Part shown: positions 31,643 through 41,302 of the stretch, piece after piece | Position numbering within the stretch: position 1 is the first letter of the stretch | Layout of the letters: each line of letters opens with the position of its first letter | Origin: Polyangiales bacterium | Lineage (GTDB): Bacteria > Myxococcota_A > Polyangia > Polyangiales > Polyangiaceae | DNA length: 64,000 nt | Assembly: GCA_038230375.1 (NCBI GenBank) | Contig: JBBRNJ010000037.1 | Coordinates: 17,443-81,442 of the forward strand | Reading direction: 5' to 3' | Notes under the pieces: model-generated | The model's input: the letters and a program-made list of their open reading frames with translations, nothing else | Databases searched by the model: none | What the model was told of the DNA's origin: nothing | Translations under genes and position numbers: made by a program

Positions 31643-32890
31643 ATGTCTCAAACTAGTCCCCGCCTTCATCGCCGCAACACCTACACCGCAGGCCTCTTCG
31701 CTCTCTCCACTCTTCTCGCCGCCGCGTGCGGCGATGACGTCGCGAACGACGGTAGTGGAGATGGAGGAAAGAACGACGCCGGCATCGGCAAGGACGGCGG
31801 CGGCGCCCTTGAAGCCGACGGTTCCATGTTTTCGGGCCCCGACGGGTCTGCGAGCAATGACGGCGGGACCGACGGCACCACCTTTGTAGTCCCCGACGTC
31901 ACCGCCCCGACCGTGCTTGCGACCGATCCGGCGAGCGCTGCCATGAGCGTGTCCACCGGCACGGCGATCACCGCCACCTTCAGCGAGCCAATGTACGGGT
32001 CGACGATCACCGACGCGACCTTCACGCTCACGCAGGGTGGCGCTCCCGTACTCGCTACCGTCAGCCTGTTCGACGACACGGCGACGCTCACGCCTTTCAG
32101 TCCGCTCACGCTGAACACGACCTATGTGGCGACCATCACGAAGGCGGCGACGGATCTCGCCGGCAATCCCCTCGCGGCGGACTACACGTGGACCTTCAAG
32201 ACGGACGCCACCGTGCCGCTCGGGCCGTCGCCGGTCTTCCTTGGTGCAGCCGGTCGATACGTCATCCTCGCAAAGGCAGCGATCTCGAACGTTCCCACCT
32301 CCAAGGTCAAGGGCGACGTCGGGCTCAGCCCCGCTGCCGCAAGCTACATCACCGGCTTCGCGATGACGAAGGCCGGTACGAAATGGACTTCGCCTCAGGT
32401 GGTCGGCAGCATCTTCGCGGCGGACAACGATCCGCCGACGCCGGCCAATCTCACGACCGCCGTCGGCGCCATGGAGACCGCTTACACCGATGCCGCAGGC
32501 CGCCCAACACCTGGGTCCATCGACCTCGGCGGCGGGGCCATCGGCGGGCTCATCCTCGCGCCGGGCCTCTACAAGTGGAACTCCGCTGTCATCGTTCCCA
32601 CGGACGTGACGATCGCGGGTGCGGCCAACGACGTCTTCATCTTCCAGATCGCGGGCGACCTCACGATCAGCTCGGCCAAGTCCATGAAGCTCACCGGCGG
32701 TGCGCGCGCAAAGAACATCTTCTGGCAGGTCGCAGGAGCGGTTCACATCGGAACCACCTCGCACGCCGAGGGGATCGTGCTGACGAAGACGGCGGTCACA
32801 CTCGGAACGGGCGCCTCCATCAACGGCCGCCTCTACGCGCAGACCGCGGTGACCCTCGCCGGCAACGCCATCACCGCGCCCGCGCCGTGA
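31643..32890 (+). CDS. Ice-binding protein (DUF3494) lipoprotein with bacterial Ig-like (Big_5) domain
   Basis: Lipobox AAAC; DVTAPTV..T.P...ITATFSEPM...TDLAGNPL Ig domain; ILAKAAIS..GDVGLSP, AYTDAAGR, PGLYKW, FIFQI, AKNIFWQV, NGRLYAQTAVTL. Confidence 0.92.
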   Translation: MSQTSPRLHRRNTYTAGLFALSTLLAAACGDDVANDGSGDGGKNDAGIGKDGGGALEADGSMFSGPDGSASNDGGTDGTTFVVPDVTAPTVLATDPASAAMSVSTGTAITATFSEPMYGSTITDATFTLTQGGAPVLATVSLFDDTATLTPFSPLTLNTTYVATITKAATDLAGNPLAADYTWTFKTDATVPLGPSPVFLGAAGRYVILAKAAISNVPTSKVKGDVGLSPAAASYITGFAMTKAGTKWTSPQVVGSIFAADNDPPTPANLTTAVGAMETAYTDAAGRPTPGSIDLGGGAIGGLILAPGLYKWNSAVIVPTDVTIAGAANDVFIFQIAGDLTISSAKSMKLTGGARAKNIFWQVAGAVHIGTTSHAEGIVLTKTAVTLGTGASINGRLYAQTAVTLAGNAITAPAP

Positions 32891-32934
32891 AGCTGCTCAC
32901 CAGGTCGCGACGCGTCCCATCGAAAAGGAACAAG

Positions 32935-33480
32935 ATGCCCCTGAAACACAGTTGCATGATGCTGACAGCGTTGACGCTATCCCTGGCCGGGCTGGGCGCT
33001 TGCGCAGCGCCCCAGGAACCAACGAGTCCCACGGCGGGGCTCACGCAGCCAGTCGCGCCGCCGACCCTCCCCGGGCCCGGCCCTGGACCGACCACGGCCC
33101 ACACGGACGTCCTCTACAGCATGTACATCACGCAGTCGGTGCGCGCCGTCTGCTCGGGGCCGGACCCGTACTTCTCGTTCGACTCCTCGAAGCCAACAGC
33201 GTCGGATCACCCGACGATGAAGAACCTGGTGACGTGCATGAAGACCGGGCCGCTTCGTAGCAAGAGCATCGTGCTCACGGGGCGCACGGATCCGCGCGGG
33301 ACGGCGAGCTACAACGAGAAGCTCGGACTCGAGCGCGCGGAGAAGGTGAAGCGAGCGCTGGTGTCCGACGGCATCGACCCGGCGCGCATTCAGACTGCAT
33401 CGCTTGGCTCCGAGGAGGCGTCGGGCGATCCAGAGAACTGGCCGCGCGACCGTCGCGTCCAGATCGACGTCGCTCCGTGA
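32935..33480 (+). CDS. OmpA/Pal-family lipoprotein
   Basis: Lipobox LGAC; FSFDSS, GRTDPRG..YNEKLGLERA, SLGSE, RDRRVQI. Confidence 0.85.
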   Translation: MPLKHSCMMLTALTLSLAGLGACAAPQEPTSPTAGLTQPVAPPTLPGPGPGPTTAHTDVLYSMYITQSVRAVCSGPDPYFSFDSSKPTASDHPTMKNLVTCMKTGPLRSKSIVLTGRTDPRGTASYNEKLGLERAEKVKRALVSDGIDPARIQTASLGSEEASGDPENWPRDRRVQIDVAP

Positions 33481-33615
33481 CATTGTCCGGTGTGGCGTTC
33501 GTGCTCACGCATGGCGTGATTGCACGAGCCAGGGCCGCACCACCGGAGAAATGGCTGCGAATCGCGCGCCGCTCCCGGTGGTGCGTGCCTTGCAAACACC
33601 ACAGCCGAGGCAACC

Positions 33616-34491
33616 ATGAAGTTCGATGCGGGCGACAGGGCAGACGGCACCCAGGTAGAGGACCGTCGCGGGATGGGCAGGACGATCGGCGCGGGCGTCG
33701 GTGGTCTCGGCCTTGTCGGCACACTCATCTATGTCGCCCTCCAGCTGCTCGGCGGGAGCGCGTCCGATGGCAGCGCCCCCGCGACCACGCGCGTGACGTC
33801 GGGCGCCGGCGATCCCAAGATCGTCTCGGAGAGCTGTCAGGGCATCACCTCCGCGAAGGACCAAGGCGAGTTCGTGGCGTGCGTGCAGACGAACGTGCAG
33901 AACTTCTGGACGCAGGCGCTCACGAAGGAAGCGACCCAGTACCACCCGGCGAAGCTCGTCCTGTTCACCGACGCAACGCACAGCGGCTGCGGCACGGCCA
34001 GCGCGCAGACCGGCCCGTTCTACTGTCCGGAGGACCACAAGGTGTACCTGGACACTGCGTTCTTCGACGAGCTGCACAACCGCTTTCACGCGAAGGGCGG
34101 TGACTTCGCCGAGGCGTACGTTGTCGCGCACGAGTACGGCCATCACGTGCAGAGCATTCTCGGTACAGAGCGCGCGTTCGAGGCAGCCATCGCGCGCGAC
34201 CCCGCGCAGCACAACGCGCTCTCCGTGATGCTGGAGCTCCAGGCGGACTGCTTTGCCGGCGTGTGGGGGCACGACGCATATCAGCGCGGCAAGGTCTCGC
34301 AAGCGGAGATCGCGCAAGGCCTCGACGCCGCTGCGTCGGTTGGTGATGATCGCATAAGGCAGTCAGCCGGCTTGCGCGTGCGCCCGGAGAGATTCACGCA
34401 CGGCTCCGCCGCCGACAGACAGCGCTGGTTCCAGACCGGCATGTCCGCGGGCGACGCAGGAGCATGCGACACCTTCAGCGGCCGCCTCTAA
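33616..34491 (+). CDS. Neutral zinc metallopeptidase (YpfJ-like)
   Basis: VEDRRG, SGCG.A...GPFYCP.D, YVVAHEYGHHVQ, ELQADCFAG, GDD, FTHGS..QR.WF. Confidence 0.9.
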   Translation: MKFDAGDRADGTQVEDRRGMGRTIGAGVGGLGLVGTLIYVALQLLGGSASDGSAPATTRVTSGAGDPKIVSESCQGITSAKDQGEFVACVQTNVQNFWTQALTKEATQYHPAKLVLFTDATHSGCGTASAQTGPFYCPEDHKVYLDTAFFDELHNRFHAKGGDFAEAYVVAHEYGHHVQSILGTERAFEAAIARDPAQHNALSVMLELQADCFAGVWGHDAYQRGKVSQAEIAQGLDAAASVGDDRIRQSAGLRVRPERFTHGSAADRQRWFQTGMSAGDAGACDTFSGRL

Positions 34492-34632
34492 ACAGGGTCG
34501 CCTGGGGCGAGATCCATCCCGGCAGGCTTCGTTTTGGACTCCGCTCCGTGCTCACGACCAAGAGGTCGCTCCGCGCGGTGCTCGCCCAAAGCCTTGCCTG
34601 ACGGGCGGCTCTCGCCCCACTCGACCCTGTTT
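34490..34632. mobile_element. 143-bp nested palindromic element (MITE/REPIN-like, non-autonomous)
   Basis: Terminal inverted repeat AAACAGGGTCG/CGACCCTGTTT, with inner pairs TGGGGCGAGA/TCTCGCCCCA, CAGGC/GCCTG and TTTGG/CCAAA. Confidence 0.6.
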
Positions 34633-34693
34633 GCGTATGATGCCGGTCACGGCATTGGTGAAGCCGGCCTTCAGCGGCGCCTCTGGCCAGTCG

Positions 34694-36331
34694 TCAGTCG
34701 AGCGTCCAGGTCTGCCGGTCCTGCGCCGCGATGCCCGGCGGCAGCGCGATGGACGTATCGCGACAGGTCTCTTGTTGGAGCTGGAAGCCGTTCCCCGACT
34801 GCCCCGCTGCCGAGTACGGGCGTAGCGAGAGGCACATACCGGTGTGCTCTGCCTTGATCGCGTAGCCCCCACCTGCGCGCCATTCGACACGCCATTTCTG
34901 GTGACCTCCCGCGTTGCAGTCCCATTGCTGCGCGGAGCCGTATTCGGCGGAGGTGCCGCCGGCGATCTCGAGACATCGGTGACTGTGCTCTGCGGTGACC
35001 GTGAAGAGAGGTCCCTTGCTGCCGCGTCCCGCTGGCGCGAGACGCCATGCCTGGTTCTGGCCTTCGAGGCACTGGTACTGCGTCACTTGCGCGCCGTTGC
35101 TGGTGGACGCGGCCTTCACGTCGGCGCACGCGCCGGGCACGACGGAGCGAAGCCGGTGGGCTGCGCCGTCGATGATGCCTGCTTGAACGCGCCACGCCTG
35201 GTTCTTCGCGTTTGGCAGACATGGGAACGTCTTGAGCGCCGCGCCGTTGGCGGTGTTGCTCGCCGTGAGGTCGAGGCACTGATCGCCGTGCTGACTCTTG
35301 ATCCGGACGCTTCCGTTGCCGAGATAGTCAAGGCGCCACCCTTGCTGCGTGAGGTGCTCCTGCGGCACCGCGTCCGGTTTCACGATCTCGCCGCTGCATG
35401 TCGTCTGCTCGACGGGCACACCCGGAGCTCCGCTTGGCACACTGAGGCACTTGTTGCTGTGGAGCGCGCGGATCTCGTAGACGTCGCCTTTGGCGGTCTC
35501 GCGCAGGTCACCCTGCGGAACGGCGCGGAGCGCCCAGCGTTGTTCATTGCCGCCAGAGCAGTCCCACTGGATGATGCTCGCGTGCTCACCGTGGGTGGCG
35601 GCGGGCACGGCAACGCATCGGCCACTGAGCTCCGAGACGATCTCGTGCCACATGCGGAAGCGCGCGATCTCGGGCCGGAGGGCAGACGCGATGGTGAGCT
35701 TGCTTCCCAGGTGCACGACGATCGCGGCGATGTCATTGCCCAGGAGGCACGCGCCGCCCTGATCGTAGTCGAGCAGCTCGTTTCCCGTACCGCCGAGCGC
35801 GGGTCCGAGACGCACGGAGGCGCCGTCCAGCGGCGACTGCACCGGAAATTCCCGAGTCCGGAGCTGTGCGCCGTACGGCAGCTCGGCAATGGTAGAACGC
35901 CCGAAGCCGTAGCAAGGAAGACGCGTGACGCCGCCTGACGCGAGCGCATACGTGTCACGCCTGGAGACGGCGCGCTCGTAGCCCGTGGTCGAGCCGTTCA
36001 TCTTGAGAGGCTTCGCGAGACGCGCGATCGACACGCCCCATGAGAGCGGCTGGATCTCCAGGATGGGATTCCGATCCGAGTCCTGCGTGCCCATGAAGTA
36101 GCCCGCGTACTCCGGGTGGAGGAGGTCCGACGGCGAGAAGCAAGGGGTCGCCGAGAGCACGATGTCGTTTGCGAGAAGGGTGCCGGTGCACGTTGCGCCA
36201 GTCGCACGGATGGAGATCATTCCGAGCGCCTCGGCCGAGACCGGCGCGCCGCCGATGACCGCGTGGACGTCGCTCTTGACGAGACCCCCGGCGATCGTGA
36301 GAGCAAGCCCAAGAAGAAGACGCGTCCTCAT
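34694..36331 (-). CDS. Secreted inactive trypsin-like domain + two ricin-B (QxW) lectin domains
   Basis: Signal peptide then VIGG; CTGTLL...LSATPC; DYDQGG; six subdomains of the CL.V...Q..C....Q.W type. Confidence 0.82.
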   Translation of the reverse strand: MRTRLLLGLALTIAGGLVKSDVHAVIGGAPVSAEALGMISIRATGATCTGTLLANDIVLSATPCFSPSDLLHPEYAGYFMGTQDSDRNPILEIQPLSWGVSIARLAKPLKMNGSTTGYERAVSRRDTYALASGGVTRLPCYGFGRSTIAELPYGAQLRTREFPVQSPLDGASVRLGPALGGTGNELLDYDQGGACLLGNDIAAIVVHLGSKLTIASALRPEIARFRMWHEIVSELSGRCVAVPAATHGEHASIIQWDCSGGNEQRWALRAVPQGDLRETAKGDVYEIRALHSNKCLSVPSGAPGVPVEQTTCSGEIVKPDAVPQEHLTQQGWRLDYLGNGSVRIKSQHGDQCLDLTASNTANGAALKTFPCLPNAKNQAWRVQAGIIDGAAHRLRSVVPGACADVKAASTSNGAQVTQYQCLEGQNQAWRLAPAGRGSKGPLFTVTAEHSHRCLEIAGGTSAEYGSAQQWDCNAGGHQKWRVEWRAGGGYAIKAEHTGMCLSLRPYSAAGQSGNGFQLQQETCRDTSIALPPGIAAQDRQTWTLD

Positions 36332-37449
36332 CACTTGCCTCCCTTCAACGGAGCCGGCGGCGGAAGTACAGCGGGTAGTGTGGCCGGCGGGGTCGGTGAG
36401 ATGACTCCTGCTGCGAACGGTGCTGGCCCGGGGCGCTTCGGATGCGCGTAGAGCCACGTGTAGATCGTGTCGCCGAACGTGTGTTGATCAAGGTTGGGAA
36501 TGTGGGGCCCGTTCTTGATCGTCCACAGCTCCACGTCGATCCCCGTCGGGCAGCCGCCGAATCTTGCGCGCGTCGTCTCGCTCCCGGGCAGGGTCCGATC
36601 GATGTCGATCTCCCCGTAGTTCGCGAGCGGGCTCCGACAACCATCGCGGCTCGCCCACGATTGGACCGTATCCATCGCCGTCGGAAAGACGGACGGAAAC
36701 GAGACTCGCAGGACGGGTCCTGCCGGCGGCGGCGGCCTCACCGCAGTGTAGTCACTGCTGCGTCCGCTGCTGTCCGTGGCGCCCGGCCATGGCGGCCACG
36801 GGAGCGCGACATCGTGCTGATGAATCTTGCTGTATGGCGAGATCTGGTCCGCGTCGCCGTGGATCTGAAGCACCGATACGTTGTTGGCAGCACACGCCTG
36901 AATGACGCCGGCGCCAGCCTGCGGGACATGCCCCGCGAGGCTCACGATCGCTGCGATCTTTGGATTGTCGCATGCGACGCGATGGCTCATGAAGGCACCG
37001 TTCGAGTGACCGACGAGGTAGATGCGGGTGGGATCGACCGCGTGCGAGCGCGAAACCTCTTCGATGATGTGCGCGATGTACGTGACATCGTCGATGGGAG
37101 GCAGCCCACCGAAGAACTGACAGCACGCATTGCTCGCTCTCCAGAACTGGTTGCCCGTTGGATCGCGCGTGCCGTCCGGGTACGCGTAGAGGAACGTCCG
37201 GTCATCCGCGAGGTACGTACCGTCCGCGCGCTCCCCCAGGCCGAAGTACTTGTCCTGCGTGGTGGAGTTGACGCTGTATCCATGAAGCAGGATGACGAGC
37301 GGCACGGGACGGTTCGCATACCCGGTTGGAACGTGGAGATGAAACGGGCGGCCGTCGACCGTGACGCCCTCGGCGCTGGCGTTGCCCGTGACGAGCGTCA
37401 ACGCAACGGCGAGTGTCCCGAAGACCGAGACACGAAGCGACTCTTTCAT
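36331..37449 (-). CDS. Secreted PHB-depolymerase/LpqC-family esterase
   Basis: PLVILLHGY, YPDG, W.A..ACC, IDDV.YI, VDPTRIYLVGHSNG, IHGDAD, C-terminal His. Confidence 0.85.
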   Translation of the reverse strand: MKESLRVSVFGTLAVALTLVTGNASAEGVTVDGRPFHLHVPTGYANRPVPLVILLHGYSVNSTTQDKYFGLGERADGTYLADDRTFLYAYPDGTRDPTGNQFWRASNACCQFFGGLPPIDDVTYIAHIIEEVSRSHAVDPTRIYLVGHSNGAFMSHRVACDNPKIAAIVSLAGHVPQAGAGVIQACAANNVSVLQIHGDADQISPYSKIHQHDVALPWPPWPGATDSSGRSSDYTAVRPPPPAGPVLRVSFPSVFPTAMDTVQSWASRDGCRSPLANYGEIDIDRTLPGSETTRARFGGCPTGIDVELWTIKNGPHIPNLDQHTFGDTIYTWLYAHPKRPGPAPFAAGVISPTPPATLPAVLPPPAPLKGGK

Positions 37450-37561
37450 TGTTTCCCCCTCCCCGGGGGCGGCACCATGCGCGCCAGTGAACGGCGGACG
37501 CTACAGGAGATCGCTGAAGCGTGTGCAACGAAGCGTCTCGGGCTCGAATCGTGGCCGTCGC

Positions 37562-38158
37562 TCAGGTTGCATTGGCGACGCGATCTGCGATTGCCTCGGC
37601 GGCGGCCTCCAGCGCCTCCGCGATGGCGGTGACGAAGTCCTCTGTCGCTCCCGTGGGCGCGACTGGGCGTTCGGTCGTGATCGTGTCCTCGAAGAGGACG
37701 TGCTTGTCGTCCGAGAGGAGCGCACGAACAGACACGCGCCCCGCCCTCTTCTGCGGCGTGCGCACCTCTTCGAACGCGACCAACTCCAGGTCGAGGGTCG
37801 GCGCATCTCCCGAGACCGCATGCGCGAAGCGGCGCTCCTCGAAGAGGACGCGCGCGACGGCCCGCGCCAGATACGCCTCCGGTCGCTCGGTCCAGCGATT
37901 CAATTCGTCGAACTGAACCTCCTGCGCCGACGTGCGAACGACGAGCCGCTCATGCAAATGCGAGCCCGACGTGAGCCTTCCCATCCGCACGATCACCGGG
38001 GTGCGCGCCGTCGCGGCGGGAACGACGGGCGCCTTCTGGACCACTGCCAGACCGGGGGTGAAGTACCGAACGTCCAGCGCATCGGCCTTTCCAGTGAGCG
38101 CGCACCCTGCGGCCGACAGAAGGACGAGCGCGCAGAGCGAACGAGAAAGGAGCCTCAT
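37562..38158 (-). CDS. ABC-type transport auxiliary lipoprotein (PqiC-like)
   Basis: Lipobox AAGC, RYF, RWTERP..L motif; last gene of an MCE operon. Confidence 0.8.
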   Translation of the reverse strand: MRLLSRSLCALVLLSAAGCALTGKADALDVRYFTPGLAVVQKAPVVPAATARTPVIVRMGRLTSGSHLHERLVVRTSAQEVQFDELNRWTERPEAYLARAVARVLFEERRFAHAVSGDAPTLDLELVAFEEVRTPQKRAGRVSVRALLSDDKHVLFEDTITTERPVAPTGATEDFVTAIAEALEAAAEAIADRVANAT

Positions 38159-39123
38159 TGCACGTGTCCTTTCGCGCGGCCCTTCAGGAGCATGTCCGGA
38201 TCCCTCTCGAGCGCGTCGACGAGCCGACGGAGCGACTCGGACGCCTCTCGCACCTCCCGCAACGTGGCGTCCAGCTCGCGCCCGGTGCCGCGGGCGCCGC
38301 GACCCACTTCGCCGTAGACGTCTACGGTGCGCTGACCGCTCGCGACGAGACCGCTGTCACCCCCGAGTCGATCGAGCACCAGATCCAGCTTCTTGACGCT
38401 CGCCTGCAGGTCGTCAATCGTCCCGGCCGCCTTCTTCGGCAGGTTCTCCCCATCGAGGTGCGCGATCGCCGTTCGCATCCCGGCAAGCACCTCGTCGACG
38501 TGCGCGAGGGTCCTGGCGGCCTTGCCGGTCACGTCATCCTTCTCCAGAGTTGCCATGACCCGGTCGACCTTGGCTGCAATGGCCACGATCGCGTTGATGA
38601 GATCGGGGAGCTTGTCCATCGCGTTCGTGAGCGTGTCCTCGAGGCTCTTGAACAGGCTGCTGGCGGCGGGGATGTAGTTCTCATCGGGCGCGAACGCCAA
38701 GACGGGTGGCGGGTTCGTCCGCGGGTCGAAGAAGTCGATCGCCACGAACTTCACGCCCGTGATCCCCTGCGAGCCGAGCTGGGCGCGCAGATCGGGCGGC
38801 AGGAGAAACGTGACGTTTGCGCCCTTCCGTGACTCCTGGAAGCCCATGCGTGCGATGTCGGTCAAAATGATGTCGCTCCTCACTTCCACCATGCGGTGAT
38901 CCTTCGCGATCGTGATGTTCGCGACCTGCCCGATGGTGACGCCTCTGAACTTCACGGGGGCGCCCACCTCGAGACCGGTCACTGATTCATTGAAGTACGA
39001 GTAATAAGATATCGTCCTGGTTTGCATGCTGCGTGCGCCGAACGCCACGACGGTCAGGACCAGGGCCGCAAGGCCTGCGAGCATGAAGAGGCCAAGCTTG
39101 AAGTGATTGGTGGGCGCAGCCAT
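38155..39123 (-). CDS. mlaD: MCE/MlaD-family protein
   Basis: KLGLFML TM, FNESVTGLEVGAPVKFRGV.IGQV, QGITGVKFV, helical C-terminus. Confidence 0.9.
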   Translation of the reverse strand: MAAPTNHFKLGLFMLAGLAALVLTVVAFGARSMQTRTISYYSYFNESVTGLEVGAPVKFRGVTIGQVANITIAKDHRMVEVRSDIILTDIARMGFQESRKGANVTFLLPPDLRAQLGSQGITGVKFVAIDFFDPRTNPPPVLAFAPDENYIPAASSLFKSLEDTLTNAMDKLPDLINAIVAIAAKVDRVMATLEKDDVTGKAARTLAHVDEVLAGMRTAIAHLDGENLPKKAAGTIDDLQASVKKLDLVLDRLGGDSGLVASGQRTVDVYGEVGRGARGTGRELDATLREVREASESLRRLVDALERDPDMLLKGRAKGHVQ

Positions 39124-39126
39124 GGC

Positions 39127-39939
39127 TCAGTGCTCCTTCTCGAGCACGCGTGCGCGCGCCTGTTCGTTCGGGTCGTGCGCCTGCCGGGAGCGCCGGTTGA
39201 AGAACGCGCTCACGCGAGGCTCCTGGCTCTCCTTGAGGGCCAGGGGGGCGCCCTCGGCGATCACGGTCCCGGCCGCCTTGTCGATCAAGATGCAGTGGTC
39301 GACGATGCGGAAGATGCTCTCGAGCTCGTGGGTGACGACCACGACGGTGAGGTCGAGCGCCTTCTTCATGGTGAGTATCAGGTCGTCGAGCTCCGCAGAC
39401 GTGACGGGGTCAAGGCCAGCCGACGGCTCGTCGAGAAACAAGATGTGCGGGTCCAGCGCGAGGGCGCGCGCGATCGCCGCGCGCTTCTTCATGCCGCCCG
39501 ATAGCTCCGATGGGAACTGCTCCCACGCGCCGTCCAGGCCGACCAGCGCGAGCTTCGCGAGGGCGATGGCGACGATGGCGTCGCGCGGTAGGCTCGTCCA
39601 CTCCTCGAGCGGCAGCGCCACGTTCTCTCCCACGGTGAGCGAGCCGAACAGCGCACCCTGTTGAAACATGACACCGAACGGGGGAAGCCCCGCCTCGAGG
39701 TCGGGCGTTCCGCGCTGCGCGACGTCGATGGTCCCGGCGAGCGGCGCCTCGAGGCCCACGAGGAACCGAAGCAACGTGGACTTGCCGGAACCGCTGCCAC
39801 CGAGGATGGCAAAGATCTCGCCCGCCTCCACGCGAAACGAGACATCCCGCTGCAGGACGTGGTCTCCCCAGCCGACGGAGAGCCCGCGAACATCGATGAG
39901 CGCGCCGGGTTTCGCATTGTCCGGGTTCGTTGCGCTCAT
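39127..39939 (-). CDS. mlaF: ABC transporter ATP-binding protein (MlaF-like)
   Basis: GGSGSGKS, FQQGALF, LSGGMKKR, FLDEPSAGLDP, VTH; start re-assigned to 39939. Confidence 0.92.
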   Translation of the reverse strand: MSATNPDNAKPGALIDVRGLSVGWGDHVLQRDVSFRVEAGEIFAILGGSGSGKSTLLRFLVGLEAPLAGTIDVAQRGTPDLEAGLPPFGVMFQQGALFGSLTVGENVALPLEEWTSLPRDAIVAIALAKLALVGLDGAWEQFPSELSGGMKKRAAIARALALDPHILFLDEPSAGLDPVTSAELDDLILTMKKALDLTVVVVTHELESIFRIVDHCILIDKAAGTVIAEGAPLALKESQEPRVSAFFNRRSRQAHDPNEQARARVLEKEH

Positions 39940-39944
39940 CTGCT

Positions 39945-41069
39945 TCAGACTCCCAGGACCCGAAATGTCATCGTCAAGAGCGCGTCGATGACGACGATCG
40001 CGAAGAGCGAGCTCACGACTGATGACGTGGTTCGCTTGCCGACCGCCTCTGCGCCGCCCGACGCCGAGAACCCCTGCTGGCAGGAGATGAGAGAGATCGC
40101 CACGGCGAAGAAGACGCTCTTCAGTAGCCCCGTCCACACGTCGCCAAGGTGGACTGCCCCTCGTGTCTCGGTCACATATCCGGTCACCGACAGACCGAGC
40201 GAGATGCCGCCCACGAGACCGCCGCCAAGAATGCCGACGAAGTCGGCGAGGACGGTGAGAAGGGGGACAACGACCACGAGCGCGATGGTTCGCGGCACCA
40301 CGAGCCAGGAGAACGGCGAGAGCCCCATCGTCCTGAGCGCGTCCAGCTCCTCGGAGACCTTCATGGTGCCGATCTCCGCGGCGAAGCCCGCTCCCGAGCG
40401 GCCGCACACGATGATCGCGGTCATCAGGGGGCCGAGCTCGCGACAGATGGAAATGCCGACGAGGTCGGCGACGTAGATGTTGGCGCCGAACATCTGGAGC
40501 TGGCGCGCTGCCTGATAGGCCATGACGAACCCGACGAGCAGGCTGATGAGGAGCACGATCGGAATGGCGTCCGCGCCAGCTCTCTCCATGAGAGGAGCGA
40601 GCTCCTTCCAGTGTCCTTCCCGCGGGCGGCGAACGATCCGGGCCATCGAGAAGACGAGGCTCCCGAGGAACTCGATCACTCCTTTTGCCTCGTGCACCGC
40701 GTCGAGCGTGCCGCGTCCAATGTGCGCGATCGCGCTCTCGGCGGTTCGCGGCGCGCGTATTTTCGGCTTGCCGTCGCCGCCATACAGGTGGACGAGCAGG
40801 TCGACCCGCGCATTGGCGCCGCGAAAAGTCGCACGGACGCCGCGCTGCGCGAGATCGGCGCGCAGCGAGACCAGCAGGGCCATGATCTCGCCGTCGATGG
40901 CGTCGGCTTGCGAGAGATCGAATGCGACCTCAGCTCCCGTGATGGACGTGGTCGCGGCCCGAAGCTCCGACCATATCGGCGCTGCCTGAGCCATCGAGAG
41001 GCTGCCCTCTAGAAGCACGCTGCTCGGGAGCGCGGTGATCCGATACGTATGAGAAAGAGCGTCCGCCAT
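39945..41069 (-). CDS. mlaE: STAS-MlaE fusion permease
   Basis: N-terminal STAS-like region (DLSQADAID), RELGPLMTAII..GRSG...AAEIGTMKVSEELDAL, VGKRTT.SVV. Confidence 0.92.
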   Translation of the reverse strand: MADALSHTYRITALPSSVLLEGSLSMAQAAPIWSELRAATTSITGAEVAFDLSQADAIDGEIMALLVSLRADLAQRGVRATFRGANARVDLLVHLYGGDGKPKIRAPRTAESAIAHIGRGTLDAVHEAKGVIEFLGSLVFSMARIVRRPREGHWKELAPLMERAGADAIPIVLLISLLVGFVMAYQAARQLQMFGANIYVADLVGISICRELGPLMTAIIVCGRSGAGFAAEIGTMKVSEELDALRTMGLSPFSWLVVPRTIALVVVVPLLTVLADFVGILGGGLVGGISLGLSVTGYVTETRGAVHLGDVWTGLLKSVFFAVAISLISCQQGFSASGGAEAVGKRTTSSVVSSLFAIVVIDALLTMTFRVLGV

Positions 41070-41302
41070 CTACGCCGCCAGGCTTGCGGCACGGGGCGCT
41101 GCACACTGTGGTCCATCTCGTCTCGGCCATGAATGGCGGACGAGCCACGCTGGGGGCGGGCGCTCAGTTGTAGCGTTGTACCTCGGATGCCATTACGCCA
41201 CACCGCGCCCGCCACGCCTCTGCTCACCGCCACCTGGACGAACCTCTCGTGATGGAAGCGCGTCAGAGGCACAGCGTGGGCGCTCGACTACGGCTCGAAG
41301 AG

